Under the pieces are notes generated by a model. The model was not told where the DNA came from. It saw nothing but the letters and a program-made list of their open reading frames with translations, and searched no databases. This document shows positions 1 through 9,280 of a stretch of DNA of 64,000 bases, piece after piece. Made by a program: the position numbers and the translations under genes. The DNA is taken from assembly GCA_035518095.1 (NCBI GenBank), contig DATIXX010000035.1, positions 30,430 through 94,429 on the forward strand, written 5' to 3'. This DNA comes from Burkholderiales bacterium. GTDB lineage: Bacteria > Pseudomonadota > Gammaproteobacteria > Burkholderiales > JAHFRG01. Position 1 is the stretch's first letter, and every line of letters begins with the position of its first letter.

Positions 1-475
1 CTTGTAATTGCTGTACGTTAGTTTCGTCACTGTGGGATACGCTGCCTTGAACTTCGGCGCGCAGGCTATTTCCGCTTTGCTGTCGCTCGACGATCAGTCC
101 ACGGCTCGAGCGCGTGGCAGGCGGTACGACCACGCGAGCATTGCCGCTTGCCGCAGTACCGGACAATTGCGCTGAACCCTGTGTAGCCGACAAGCCATTA
201 TCCTGCTTCACTGTGACCAGCAGCCGGCGCGGGATAGTATCAATAGCTGCGAGCATTTGCTTGACTTCAGCGAGATTGGCGCGAGTGGTGCGTATTATGA
301 GCTGATTCTGCAGACCGGTAACCGTGCCGCCTGCTCGGTTGACAAACGGCTGCACGACGGGCAACACATCCTGGGCAGTGCGGTGCTTGAGTGTAATGAC
401 TTCAAGCTCAAGCTGTTCCGCCCAAACTGAAAGCGGCGGGCACAAGATCAAAGCCGTAAAAAATCCCGTCAACAA
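1..475 (-). CDS. secretin-like protein, N-terminal part (3' end runs off the window)
   Basis: Absent from the ORF track because there is no stop in the window. The reverse frame is open from 475 to 1, with a TTG start just after AGGGG. A signal-like LLTGFFTALILCPPLSVWA is followed by LELEVITLKHRTAQDVLPVVQPF...IIRTTRANLAEVKQMLAAID, which resembles the NolW-like N-domain of type II/III secretins. Confidence 0.45.
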   Translation of the reverse strand, partial: MLTGFFTALILCPPLSVWAEQLELEVITLKHRTAQDVLPVVQPFVNRAGGTVTGLQNQLIIRTTRANLAEVKQMLAAIDTIPRRLLVTVKQDNGLSATQGSAQLSGTAASGNARVVVPPATRSSRGLIVERQQSGNSLRAEVQGSVSHSDETNVQQLQ

Positions 476-503
476 TTTACCCCTGATGCGCCTCGTGACC
501 GCC

Positions 504-1448
504 TCAATGTTTGTGTTGTGCTTTTTGCAGCCAATGGGTTTCATATTCGCTGATCTTTTTGTTGATTTCCGGAATTGCGGCTAACGCGGCTTTCTCACCT
601 TCAATTATAGCGGCCTGTTTCTGGTCGAAGTCCGTTGCGCCGATATTTGCGACATTGGGCCGAATCACCACGTCTGCCTCAGCGAGTTCATAGGCACTCA
701 TGGAGCGGCTCATGATGCTGAATGTTTGCAGCAGGATATCAATGGTATCGTCGACTTTGGTGATTCTGGGCTGGCTGCCGACATCCACGGCAATCACGAT
801 ATCCGCACCTAGACTTTTCGCCGCCCGTACCGGAATTGGGCTGACCAACGTGCCATCCACATATTCCCGTCCATTAATGCGAACCGGTTGAAACACCCCA
901 GGGATACTGCTTGAGGCACGGACCGCAATACCGGTATTGCCGGTGCGGAATACCACCTCCTGGCCCGAGTGCAAATCGGTAGCCACCACCGCGAATGTCT
1001 TGTCGAGTTTTTCAATTGGCCGGTTATTCAGCGCCTTATTCACAAAATTTTGCAGGGATTCACCTTTAATGAATCCGCGGTCTGGAAAAACCAAATCGCC
1101 CACGCTGTCCTCATTTATTTTCATAGCGATTTTCTGCAGTTCGTCGCCGCTGTAACCGCCGGCATATAATGCGCCGGCAAGGCTGCCTGCGCTGGTTCCC
1201 ACCACAATTTCAGGCATGATGCCCTGCGCTACCAATGTTTCGATGACACCGACATGAGCAAATCCGCGCGCAGCGCCGCCGCCAAGAGCCAATGCTATCC
1301 GCGGGGGTGGCGGCGTCAAGGTCTCGGGAGCGGTTTCTGCCGGCTTGGTTTCTGCGGCGCTTGGTTTTTCAGGCGCCTGCTGCAACAGGGTGCAGCCGCA
1401 TAACAGACACGAGAGAACCAGGGCCGGGTATCTAACGGAATAAAACAT
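504..1448 (-). CDS. patatin-like phospholipase (lipoprotein-type signal)
   Basis: 314 aa. Carries the GGGAARGFAHVGV glycine-rich loop and the GTSAGS (GxSxG) nucleophile motif. The N-terminus has an LLCGC lipobox-like signal. Confidence 0.85.
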   Translation of the reverse strand: MFYSVRYPALVLSCLLCGCTLLQQAPEKPSAAETKPAETAPETLTPPPPRIALALGGGAARGFAHVGVIETLVAQGIMPEIVVGTSAGSLAGALYAGGYSGDELQKIAMKINEDSVGDLVFPDRGFIKGESLQNFVNKALNNRPIEKLDKTFAVVATDLHSGQEVVFRTGNTGIAVRASSSIPGVFQPVRINGREYVDGTLVSPIPVRAAKSLGADIVIAVDVGSQPRITKVDDTIDILLQTFSIMSRSMSAYELAEADVVIRPNVANIGATDFDQKQAAIIEGEKAALAAIPEINKKISEYETHWLQKAQHKH

Positions 1449-1484
1449 CGCCCGGGTAGTTACAATTCACCAGGTCAACCGCCA

Positions 1485-2018
1485 TTAAGGCAGCATGCGC
1501 TGAAACACTCCGTCCTTTTCCAACAACAGATGCCCCAGCGCGCCGGCAATATGGATGGCGACCAAGGTTATGAATAAATAAGAGGTATAGACGTGGATTC
1601 GGTTAAACAAATAATAGATGGCTTTGTCGTCCCACCCAAGAACCGGCAGCAGGTAGCCAAAAAATCGGATTCCGTACTTGGTAAAATTCGATTCAATAAA
1701 ACCGCTCAGCGTCATCGCCACCAAGCAAATATAGAACATGAAATGATTGGCCTTTATGGCCTTGACTTGCCAATCAGCAATTATGACCGGCAACGGGGGT
1801 GCCGCATGGGTCAGTCGCCAGCAGATGAGCCACACCAGGGGTATTGCAGCGACCAGCCCTATGGATTTATGCAAATTATAAAAATAGGCCACCGGCGGGG
1901 TGCCTTTGGGAATTCCCACCATATGCCAGCCAACACCGTAAAGCGTGAAGACCAGAACCACAAGCGACCAATGCAGCGCAATTGCAGTTGGCGGATATTT
2001 AGCCGGAGCCGAATTCAC
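1485..2018 (-). CDS. cytochrome b561 family membrane protein
   Basis: 177 aa with four hydrophobic helices. Conserved His residues (ALHWSLV, NLHKS, HIAGALGH) match the CybB-like di-heme b561 pattern. Confidence 0.7.
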   Translation of the reverse strand: MNSAPAKYPPTAIALHWSLVVLVFTLYGVGWHMVGIPKGTPPVAYFYNLHKSIGLVAAIPLVWLICWRLTHAAPPLPVIIADWQVKAIKANHFMFYICLVAMTLSGFIESNFTKYGIRFFGYLLPVLGWDDKAIYYLFNRIHVYTSYLFITLVAIHIAGALGHLLLEKDGVFQRMLP

Positions 2019-2181
2019 TTGAGAATTTAATAAGAGCCGAAGGCGAAAATTTAGTCATTTGCAATTGTACAGACCTAATGGTGCGATGCCGTTATTTTTA
2101 CGCCGACTTCGACCCTGCTTGGAAAACAGATAAAACGGCCAATTGGTATCGTTAGAGTTAATGGGCGCGCCAATCAGCAGC

Positions 2182-3210
2182 CTAAGGCCTGTCCAAGCTT
2201 CCGACAGCCTTCGGATAGGTCACGACGCCCCACGGAATTTTCAGCCCTGAAATTATCTTTACGGGCTCATAGGTTTTTGCGTCGACGACATAGAGATTAT
2301 TTGATCGGCCGCATGCGACAAGAATCCGCGCATCATCGGGAGTAAAGCTGAAGTGCCAGCATCGGGCCCCAATCGGAATGTTCTTGATGAGAGAAAAGTT
2401 CTTGGTGTTGAACACCTGCAGCTGCTTGGAGCGCGCGGCGGCCACAAATAGCCGTTTGCCTTGACGGTCAAAAGCGAGTCCGTAGGGTGCGTCGCCCGTC
2501 GGCACGGTCTTTATAATATCCAACTTGCGGCTAAGAATGAGAAGTTTGTTAGAAAACTCCAAAGTAACGGCATACATTTTCCCGTCCGGCGATACCTTGA
2601 TACCTCGGGGCCGGTTGCCATATTTGGTTGTATCGATAGTCTTGACCAGTTTGCCATTTGAGATATTGTAGACCGTAACAGTATTATCCCCTTCGTTCGT
2701 CACCAACATAAGCTTCCCGTCAGGCGAAAATTCAATGCCCTCCGTTTCGGGGCCGCTGAGCATGGTTTCGATGAGCCGCCAGTTTTCAAGATCGAGAACC
2801 GCAATTCCGGCAGGCTTCTTCTGCTCTTCCTTCCCGGATTTTTCGCCCTGCTCGCCCTCTGGGGCGCCTTCCCCCGCACTGGGCTCATAGCTCACATATG
2901 CGCGATTGTGATACACACGAATGAACTCCGGATTTTTACCTATCGCTATATGCTTTACCGCTTCGCGCGTCGCAGTATCGATGACCGATATGTTGCCGCT
3001 ATCCTTGTTGGCGGTGAGTACGTATTTTCCGTCTGGCGTTATGCCAATTCCGCGCGGCTCCTTGCCTTGAATATCGATCGTCGCGACGGGCTCCAAAGTA
3101 TCAAGATCAATCACCGTAACGCCGTCTTGTTGATTCGATACATAGGCAAAAGGCGCGGCGAATGCCGGGACGGTGATGAATGCAGCCAACAGCACAACTG
3201 TTTTCAGCAT
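2182..3210 (-). CDS. periplasmic YVTN-type beta-propeller repeat protein (PQQ-dependent-catabolism-associated type)
   Basis: 342 aa with signal peptide VPAFAAP. Repeated (T/S)PDGK ... V(T/S)N ... V(I/Y)D blades are visible. It sits in a PQQ gene neighbourhood. Confidence 0.7.
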   Translation of the reverse strand: MLKTVVLLAAFITVPAFAAPFAYVSNQQDGVTVIDLDTLEPVATIDIQGKEPRGIGITPDGKYVLTANKDSGNISVIDTATREAVKHIAIGKNPEFIRVYHNRAYVSYEPSAGEGAPEGEQGEKSGKEEQKKPAGIAVLDLENWRLIETMLSGPETEGIEFSPDGKLMLVTNEGDNTVTVYNISNGKLVKTIDTTKYGNRPRGIKVSPDGKMYAVTLEFSNKLLILSRKLDIIKTVPTGDAPYGLAFDRQGKRLFVAAARSKQLQVFNTKNFSLIKNIPIGARCWHFSFTPDDARILVACGRSNNLYVVDAKTYEPVKIISGLKIPWGVVTYPKAVGSLDRP

Positions 3211-3296
3211 GCGATAGACCCCTTATCATAAACAGACGCGGCTAAAAGCATCAGCCGCGCCAATAATACGACAACCGCTTTGGGAAAAGTTCCGCT

Positions 3297-3332
3297 TACA
3301 AAACAAAAGCGGCGCCTTTGGGGAGCGCCGCT
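3297..3332 (-). terminator. rho-independent terminator after the porin gene
   Basis: An 8-bp stem AGCGGCGC/GCGCCGCT (3308-3315 / 3325-3332) with a 9-nt loop. On the minus strand it is followed by a TTTTGTTTTG run. Confidence 0.6.
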
Positions 3333-3356
3333 CAAATTTACAGAGTCGAACTTCGA

Positions 3357-4634
3357 TCAGAAGAACAGAATCGCGCCAAGTGAGAACTGGTGCGACGCGT
3401 TCTTGCCGCCGCCAGCTGCCGTCGCTCCGGTCGCCTGGCTGCTTGAGTGGATGTCGTCATACTCTTCCACCAGGGTGATCGACTTGGTCAGACTGTATTG
3501 CAGCATTTGCGTACGCATGCGGTTGAAGTTAACCAGCGTCGCGGCGTTTGCGGCGTTTTCGTCCGCCGCATACGTCAAACGGCTGAAGCCATAGCTAAAC
3601 CCGGGTTTCCACTTGCCGAAAGCGTGTTGCACCTGGATATAACCGCCATCCGAGTTGCGCTTGTTGCCGGCAGCATCGATACCTTGGCAAAACAGGCAGG
3701 TTGTACCCACGCCTCTCGCCTGATAGAAATAGATCACCGGCTCGAAGCCATAAACATTGCCTTTGATACCCATATCGCCCGCAAGCGCGGTAAAACCATT
3801 ATTGATGGTTGGACCTACGCCATCCGCACTGTTAAGGGTGGATCTTTGCATCATACCGCTCACCCATAAGTGAATGCTTTTTATATCTTCGTTCACATTG
3901 AAATCATACGTGCCCTTCGCTTGGAACATGGGCAACGTATGGCCGGAAGCAGTCTGTCCCCCGAGAAGACCTGAATACATGGTGAGGGGCTGGAAGATAC
4001 CTGCTGAAACCTGGGCTCCGTCCCAGCTCGGGCTAATGTAAGTGATTTGCGGAATCCAGTCGGCGTAGATGTAACCAAAACCAATACGCCCCAAAGTGGT
4101 GGTTCCCGGCGCGTTCGCGGTAGTAAATGTGGAGTTGCCACCGACACCCAGCAAGGTCATATCGCTCAATATCGCGTCAGAGGCGAAAAGACCCAGGTCG
4201 CGACCAAACTTGAAGGTCCCCATGTCTTTGTCGCCGAACGTCAGGAAGTTTTGCCGCATGTTGATTTGCGAAAGCGACAGGGCACTGTTACCGGGAGAGT
4301 TAGAAATACCGGGGTAGAAACCGGCGGTAATTCCGATATCAAAACCTTCCTGCATGGTCTTGGCTGAGAATACAAATGCCGAAGGCAACAACCCGCTGTT
4401 GACCTGGGAGGCATTAGAGCCTTGCGAAGACGGAATCGGAGCCGCGCATGCCAAGCCACCCACGACCACGTTGGCATTGTTATCGCAATGAGTGTAGGTA
4501 TAAAACGCATTGACTTCGCCGCTAAACGACAAATCCCAGTCGCCTGCCTTAACATTAAAGGCATGTGCAGCGCTCGCGCCACACAACGCGAAGGCACCCG
4601 CTACGGCCATGCTTAGCTTCTTATGCTTTACCAT
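3357..4634 (-). CDS. outer-membrane porin
   Basis: 425 aa. Signal peptide ends ...SAAHA. The body is Gly/aromatic-rich with alternating beta-strand character, and the C-terminus ...LGAILFF ends in Phe. A strong SD (AAGGAGGAAG) precedes the ATG. Confidence 0.7.
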   Translation of the reverse strand: MVKHKKLSMAVAGAFALCGASAAHAFNVKAGDWDLSFSGEVNAFYTYTHCDNNANVVVGGLACAAPIPSSQGSNASQVNSGLLPSAFVFSAKTMQEGFDIGITAGFYPGISNSPGNSALSLSQINMRQNFLTFGDKDMGTFKFGRDLGLFASDAILSDMTLLGVGGNSTFTTANAPGTTTLGRIGFGYIYADWIPQITYISPSWDGAQVSAGIFQPLTMYSGLLGGQTASGHTLPMFQAKGTYDFNVNEDIKSIHLWVSGMMQRSTLNSADGVGPTINNGFTALAGDMGIKGNVYGFEPVIYFYQARGVGTTCLFCQGIDAAGNKRNSDGGYIQVQHAFGKWKPGFSYGFSRLTYAADENAANAATLVNFNRMRTQMLQYSLTKSITLVEEYDDIHSSSQATGATAAGGGKNASHQFSLGAILFF

Positions 4635-4804
4635 ATTCTTCCTCCTTAAAAGTTGAATGACTCGCGCTTAATTACTAGAGCAATCGTGCTCTATTTGAAA
4701 TCACGATGTCAAGTCCAAAAGCAACAGACTAAATTTATTGTTGCGAAAAAGATACATTTTATTGAATAATCCTTATGTTACTTTGGCTTAGCTTGATACT
4801 CGCT

Positions 4805-4820
4805 AGCAATTCTCATGCCA
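4805..4820 (-). promoter_or_regulatory. sigma-54 (-24/-12) promoter directed at the porin gene
   Basis: The reverse complement reads TGGCATG-AGAA-TTGCT. This matches TGGCACG-N4-TTGCW at all but one position, with correct GG/GC spacing. It lies about 170 nt upstream of the porin ATG and is divergent from the HK/EBP pair. Confidence 0.6.
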
Positions 4821-5164
4821 TAATTTTTCCGTGGATAATGCAGATCGCCGATTTGCTAGGCATTTGTGGAAACAAAGAAAAAATATATCCACCTTGCGCC
4901 AATGCTGCAAGGGCTCGGGATGGCGTTCAAGGAGCGTGACATTGTGTAACTGTTAGTGGATACCATAGTGGCGTAAGCTGATAAACCGGCTTGTTATCTG
5001 GGAATCACTCATCAGGCGGGAAACCAGTTAATAAACTCTCTTGGGAAAGCCTGATCTGCGCGAAATCCTAACGTCATTTAACGAGCTCGGGACGATCGGA
5101 GTAAGCATGAATCACTTTCGGGAATCGGGACGCGGAGACGTATGACTTAAGGAAAACAGTTACC

Positions 5165-6622
5165 ATGTCCCAGCCAAAATCACTCAAGCGCCTGATGCTC
5201 TTCTATGCGCTCGGCTACTTGTTGCTCGTGCTTGCCAGCGGCGCGCTCGGCGGTGCCGGGCTATACCTTTGGCACCAGTCGTCTGAAGAATCGCTGCGCA
5301 TCAATTCCATGGTGGGAGAAATTCAGGAAATGCGGGGCAACCTCTATCGCCAAGTCAAAGAGGTGTTCGATGCGGTTTTTTTAAGCGACACGGACGCCGC
5401 AAGACAGTACCAGGAGTACCAGAAGCGCATCGAGCGGCATCTCGATAACTTGGACAATGTTGCTGCGTACAACGAGGAGCACGAAGCCATTAACCGCATG
5501 CGCCAAGCCTATTACCTGATCGAAGACCAAGCCAAGGATATCGCCCGCGCGCGCGCCGGAATGTCGCTCAAGCAGAAGCGCAAGATCTTCGATACCGATC
5601 TGGAAATGGCGGGCTTCGGCCGCTATGAAGAGGCGTTTGGTGCGCTTGAACAATTGTTACAATTTGAACAGGAGGAATTGCAAAAGCGATTGGAAATCCT
5701 TTCCCAGCTTGCGCCGCTGCTACTGCTGTTGCCGATTTTCCTCGCGGTTGGTCTGTTGATACTGTCTCGACTTTTCACCCAGCGCGCCATCGTGCAGCCC
5801 CTTTCCACGGTTCAACAAGCCGCGTTAATCATGAGCCAAGGTGACCTCTCGCATAAGGTCCCCGAGAAAGGCGCGTTGGAGCTGGTGAATCTTGCAAAAG
5901 CGCTCAATCAAATGGCGGAAGATCTCGCCGCAAGTCGCGAATCATTGCTGCGCGCGGAAAAACAGGCCGCGCTTGGTGCCCTGGTGCCCGTGATGGCACA
6001 CAATATCCGCAACCCCCTGGCGAGCATACGCGCCACCGCACAGGTCATTAACGACACTGAATTGCCGGCGGAACTACGAGAAGGTTTGTCGGGAATAATC
6101 GGAACTGCGGACCGGCTCGAACGCTGGACGCATTCGCTGCTTTCGTACCTGCACCCGCTCAAGGCCCAACGCTCGCTTTGCAAGCTGCCGCAGGTCGTGG
6201 ACAATGTTTTGGAGCTGCTCAAGCCCAGGCTCACGGAAAGGGGCATACGCGTCGTGCGCAGGGGATGGAATGGCGCTAATGAGATCGGCCTCGACGTACA
6301 GCTCATCGAACAGGCGCTTCACGGCCTGCTCGCCAACGCAATAGATGCATCGCCACAACGAGGAAAACTTGAAATTCACATTGACCAAACGTCACAAGAA
6401 GTCATGCTAACGATCGCAGACCAGGGCAGTGGCATGCCATTTGTTCCTACGGCGGGCGATCTGAGTCCCGGTCCGTCCACCAAGCGATATGGCACGGGCC
6501 TGGGAATACCTTTCGCGATGAAAGTATGCGATGCGCACGGAGGCAAAATTGAATATCGTACTGCTAACCCTCACGGCACGACTGTGACACTTATCCTGCC
6601 GATACAGGCTCAGGAGGATTAA
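5165..6622 (+). CDS. membrane sensor histidine kinase (HAMP-HisKA-HATPase)
   Basis: 485 aa with two TM segments. Has an H-box MAHNIRNPL and a G-box GTGLGIP. Its stop overlaps the following regulator gene by 1 nt (TAATG). Confidence 0.85.
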   Translation: MSQPKSLKRLMLFYALGYLLLVLASGALGGAGLYLWHQSSEESLRINSMVGEIQEMRGNLYRQVKEVFDAVFLSDTDAARQYQEYQKRIERHLDNLDNVAAYNEEHEAINRMRQAYYLIEDQAKDIARARAGMSLKQKRKIFDTDLEMAGFGRYEEAFGALEQLLQFEQEELQKRLEILSQLAPLLLLLPIFLAVGLLILSRLFTQRAIVQPLSTVQQAALIMSQGDLSHKVPEKGALELVNLAKALNQMAEDLAASRESLLRAEKQAALGALVPVMAHNIRNPLASIRATAQVINDTELPAELREGLSGIIGTADRLERWTHSLLSYLHPLKAQRSLCKLPQVVDNVLELLKPRLTERGIRVVRRGWNGANEIGLDVQLIEQALHGLLANAIDASPQRGKLEIHIDQTSQEVMLTIADQGSGMPFVPTAGDLSPGPSTKRYGTGLGIPFAMKVCDAHGGKIEYRTANPHGTTVTLILPIQAQED

Positions 6623-8049
6623 TGATAGAGAACGTAATGACGGCTCAGACCCTCGCTAAGGAATTGCAGGGCGCGCCGCGCGTTTTGCTCATTGAAGATG
6701 AAAATCTGTTCGGCCGCGCGGTAAAAAAACGCCTGGAAAAAGCCGGGCATGAGTGTTTGATGGCCGCGACACTTGCGGAAGGCCGCGAACTCGCGCGTAA
6801 TGCCGCACCGGAACTGGTATTGCTGGATTTGCGGCTTCCCGACGGCAATGGGTTGGATCTACTAACTGAGCTGCGCGCCGCAGGCGAAAGCCGGCAGCCG
6901 GCAGTGATCGTGCTCACCGCCTATGGAGAAATCAGCGACGCGGTGCACGCCATGAAACTCGGTGCGGCGGATTATCTAAAAAAGCCGGTTGATCTTGACG
7001 AACTGTTGCTTGCGGTAGACAAAGTATTGCAGACATCCCGTCTGCGCCATGCGCTCGATTATTCCCGCGAACGCGACAGCCACGCTGTCGAAGGCACGCA
7101 GTTATTGGGTGACAGCGCGGCAATGCAGCGGGTACGCGAGCAAATCCTGCGCCTTGCCGAACTAGCTGGAGAAGGAGCAGAGCCTCCCCCTACCGTACTG
7201 ATACTCGGCGAAACTGGCAGCGGTAAGGACGTCGCCGCGCGCCTGCTTCATTTATTGAGCCCGCGCTCTTTGCGGCCCTTCGTGCAAGTTGATTGTGCGT
7301 CGCTGCCGCGCGATCTAATCGAAGCAGAATTGTTCGGACACGAAAAAGGTGCGTTCACCAGTGCCCACGGAGCACGCGCGGGCCTGATCGAGGCGGCTGA
7401 GGATGGCACGCTATTTCTCGACGAAATCGGCGAGCTGCCACTGGACTTGCAGGCCAAATTGCTCAACGTCATTGAGCGGCGCAAGACGCGGCGCATCGGA
7501 TCGGTCATGGAACGGCCATTCGCTGCGCGCATTATCGCCGGAACCAACCGGCAATTGCCGGAAATGATTGCGCAGGGTCTATTTCGTGCCGATCTCTATT
7601 ACCGCCTCAACGTGGTAACGCTGAATATGCCGCCATTGCGCGAGCGCGGCGAGGATACAATCCTTCTTGCTCGCCATTTCGCGGTGCAGATGAGCCGGCG
7701 TTACGGGCTACCTGATGCTTCGTTCAGTGACGAAGCCCTGAATGCGCTGCGAGCATATTCCTGGCCTGGCAATGTACGGGAGCTTAAACATTTAGTGGAA
7801 CGCGCAGTGCTATTGAGCCGGGGCGGGGCGATTTACGTTGCCGATCTCGGTTTGTCGCAAACATTTGTCCCGCCGCAGGGCGACCAGCCATTACAAGGGC
7901 TCACCCTGGAAGCCGCGGAGCGCTTGCTCATCGAGCGTGCTTTGCTAGATACGGGTGGCAACGTTTCGGAAGCGGCGCGCAGACTTGGAGTAAGCCGTAT
8001 GACGCTGCGTTACCGTATGGAGAAATACGCCCTGAAAGGCATAACCTAA
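6622..8049 (+). CDS. sigma-54-dependent response regulator (NtrC-family enhancer-binding protein)
   Basis: 475 aa. REC domain (LLDLRLPDGNG), AAA+ Walker A GETGSGKD, sigma-54 contact loop GAFTSA (a GAFTGA variant), and a C-terminal Fis-type HTH (VSEAARRLGVSRMTLRYRMEKY). Confidence 0.9.
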   Translation: MIENVMTAQTLAKELQGAPRVLLIEDENLFGRAVKKRLEKAGHECLMAATLAEGRELARNAAPELVLLDLRLPDGNGLDLLTELRAAGESRQPAVIVLTAYGEISDAVHAMKLGAADYLKKPVDLDELLLAVDKVLQTSRLRHALDYSRERDSHAVEGTQLLGDSAAMQRVREQILRLAELAGEGAEPPPTVLILGETGSGKDVAARLLHLLSPRSLRPFVQVDCASLPRDLIEAELFGHEKGAFTSAHGARAGLIEAAEDGTLFLDEIGELPLDLQAKLLNVIERRKTRRIGSVMERPFAARIIAGTNRQLPEMIAQGLFRADLYYRLNVVTLNMPPLRERGEDTILLARHFAVQMSRRYGLPDASFSDEALNALRAYSWPGNVRELKHLVERAVLLSRGGAIYVADLGLSQTFVPPQGDQPLQGLTLEAAERLLIERALLDTGGNVSEAARRLGVSRMTLRYRMEKYALKGIT

Positions 8050-8100
8050 TGCGGCGCCTCTTCTTCACCGCTGAGAATTCCCAAAGAGACGATGGATATC

Positions 8101-8116
8101 TGGCACGGGACTTGCT
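8101..8116 (+). promoter_or_regulatory. sigma-54 (-24/-12) promoter, stand-alone
   Basis: TGGCACG-GGAC-TTGCT is an exact match to TGGCACG-N4-TTGCW. It lies 52 nt after the EBP stop codon. Confidence 0.65.
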
Positions 8117-8126
8117 GCATAAGGGC

Positions 8127-8211
8127 TCGTATCGTATCTACTGATCATTCATGCTCTTGGTATTCCTCCAACTTCCTCTCTGCGCCGGGACCTAAGTCCC
8201 GGTTTTTTTTT
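8127..8211 (+). ncRNA. candidate ~85-nt sigma-54-dependent small RNA
   Basis: Bounded by the sigma-54 promoter (8101-8116) and a strong intrinsic terminator (8185-8211). No protein-coding gene follows on this strand for 5.6 kb. Contains the CU-rich stretch UAUUCCUCCAACUUCCUCUCU (8161-8181). I recognise no known RNA family. Confidence 0.45.
8185..8211 (+). terminator. rho-independent terminator
   Basis: 7-bp stem CCGGGAC/GTCCCGG with loop CTAA, followed by T9. Confidence 0.8.
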
Positions 8212-8396
8212 ACTATTTAAACGTCTAGCTGCGTACAGTCAATCGAGGGTCCTGTGGCTTTTATCCGGCTATGCGACGTAATCGTGTGCAGCTGGTGCTT
8301 GTAGTGAACCAACTTGGTTGATTTCAGCCTTCAGCTATGTTTGAAGAGCTGGGATCTGGTGCCATATGATTAGACTCGTTTCGCCCCGGCGCTGCA

Positions 8397-8425
8397 ATAA
8401 AAAAGGGCTGCTTACTCAGCAGCCC
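8397..8425 (-). terminator. rho-independent terminator after the orphan pqqA
   Basis: 7-bp stem GGGCTGC/GCAGCCC (8405-8411 / 8419-8425). A T-run follows on the minus strand (plus-strand A-run 8399-8404). It lies 23 nt past the pqqA stop. Confidence 0.7.
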
Positions 8426-8447
8426 TTCTTTCAATCTTCTTTGCGTT

Positions 8448-8522
8448 TTAGCGGGTCAGAATGTACATCGTTACTTCGAAACCGAAACGCAGATCGGTAA
8501 ACTCGGGTTTGCTCCAGGCCAT
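8448..8522 (-). CDS. pqqA: PQQ precursor peptide PqqA, second (orphan) copy
   Basis: 24 codons, below the ORF-track cutoff. Translation is [24 protein letters not shown], carrying the invariant E-x3-Y (EVTMY) cross-link motif. GGAGA lies 5 nt upstream of the ATG. 17 of 24 residues are identical to the pqqA at 13881. Confidence 0.85.
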   Translation of the reverse strand: MAWSKPEFTDLRFGFEVTMYILTR

Positions 8523-8632
8523 GGTTCTCTCCGTTATATAAAAATTGCTTATTTAACAATACAACGGCTCCATTGTGGCCTAGCCGTGCTTCAGGCGCCA
8601 AGCAGAAAAAACTGAATCCGGCCTAATGATTT

Positions 8633-9280
8633 TCATGAGTTTTGGATCAACCCCGCGCGCATCGCAATGAGCGCCAATTCCGCCGAGTTTGATGCATTAA
8701 GCTTTTGTTTTATATTGTATAAGTGCGTACCAACGGTGCGCGGACTCAAATGCAACATGTCTGCGATTTCGGCTACGGTTTTGCCTTGGGCCAGCAGCAT
8801 AAATACCTCGAATTCTCGCGCGCTAAGCACGTCAACCAAGCTTTTCTCTCCGGAGAGCTGCTGCATTGCAAGTTGCTGCGCAATTCCCGGCTCGATAAAA
8901 GTCTTGCCCTGGGCTACTTGACGTATTGCCTGTATCAGCTCTTCCGCCGCGCTGCGCTTGGTAAGATAACCCAACGCTCCCGCTTTCAATACGCGTCTTG
9001 GATGCATAGTGTCTTCGTGTGCTGACAATACCAGAATACGCGCCGCGGGATCTTTTGCAATGATACGATTGACCGCCTCTAGGCCCCCGATCCCGGGCAT
9101 GGAGATATCCATGACCACCACATCGGGGTGCTTCTCCTGATAGATACGGTATGCCTCCTCGCCGCTCTCGGATTCCGCTACGACTTTCATGTCAGCGGCG
9201 CTTTCAAGCAGCATGCGGAATCCCATGCGCACGACTGCGTGGTCATCGACCAGCATGACTTCAATCGCCGGCGCAGCCAT
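8633..9280 (-). CDS. NarL/LuxR-family response regulator
   Basis: 215 aa. REC domain (VVVMDISMPGIGG) plus a LuxR-type HTH (LSAREFEVFMLLAQGKTVAEIADMLHLSPRTVGTHLYNIKQKL). Confidence 0.9.
   Translation of the reverse strand: MAAPAIEVMLVDDHAVVRMGFRMLLESAADMKVVAESESGEEAYRIYQEKHPDVVVMDISMPGIGGLEAVNRIIAKDPAARILVLSAHEDTMHPRRVLKAGALGYLTKRSAAEELIQAIRQVAQGKTFIEPGIAQQLAMQQLSGEKSLVDVLSAREFEVFMLLAQGKTVAEIADMLHLSPRTVGTHLYNIKQKLNASNSAELALIAMRAGLIQNS

Noticed and set aside
8151-8195. 14-codon ORF (MLLVFLQLPLCAGT) inside the candidate sRNA
   Set aside because: There is no Shine-Dalgarno upstream, and the stop lies inside the terminator stem. It is kept only as an alternative hypothesis to test.
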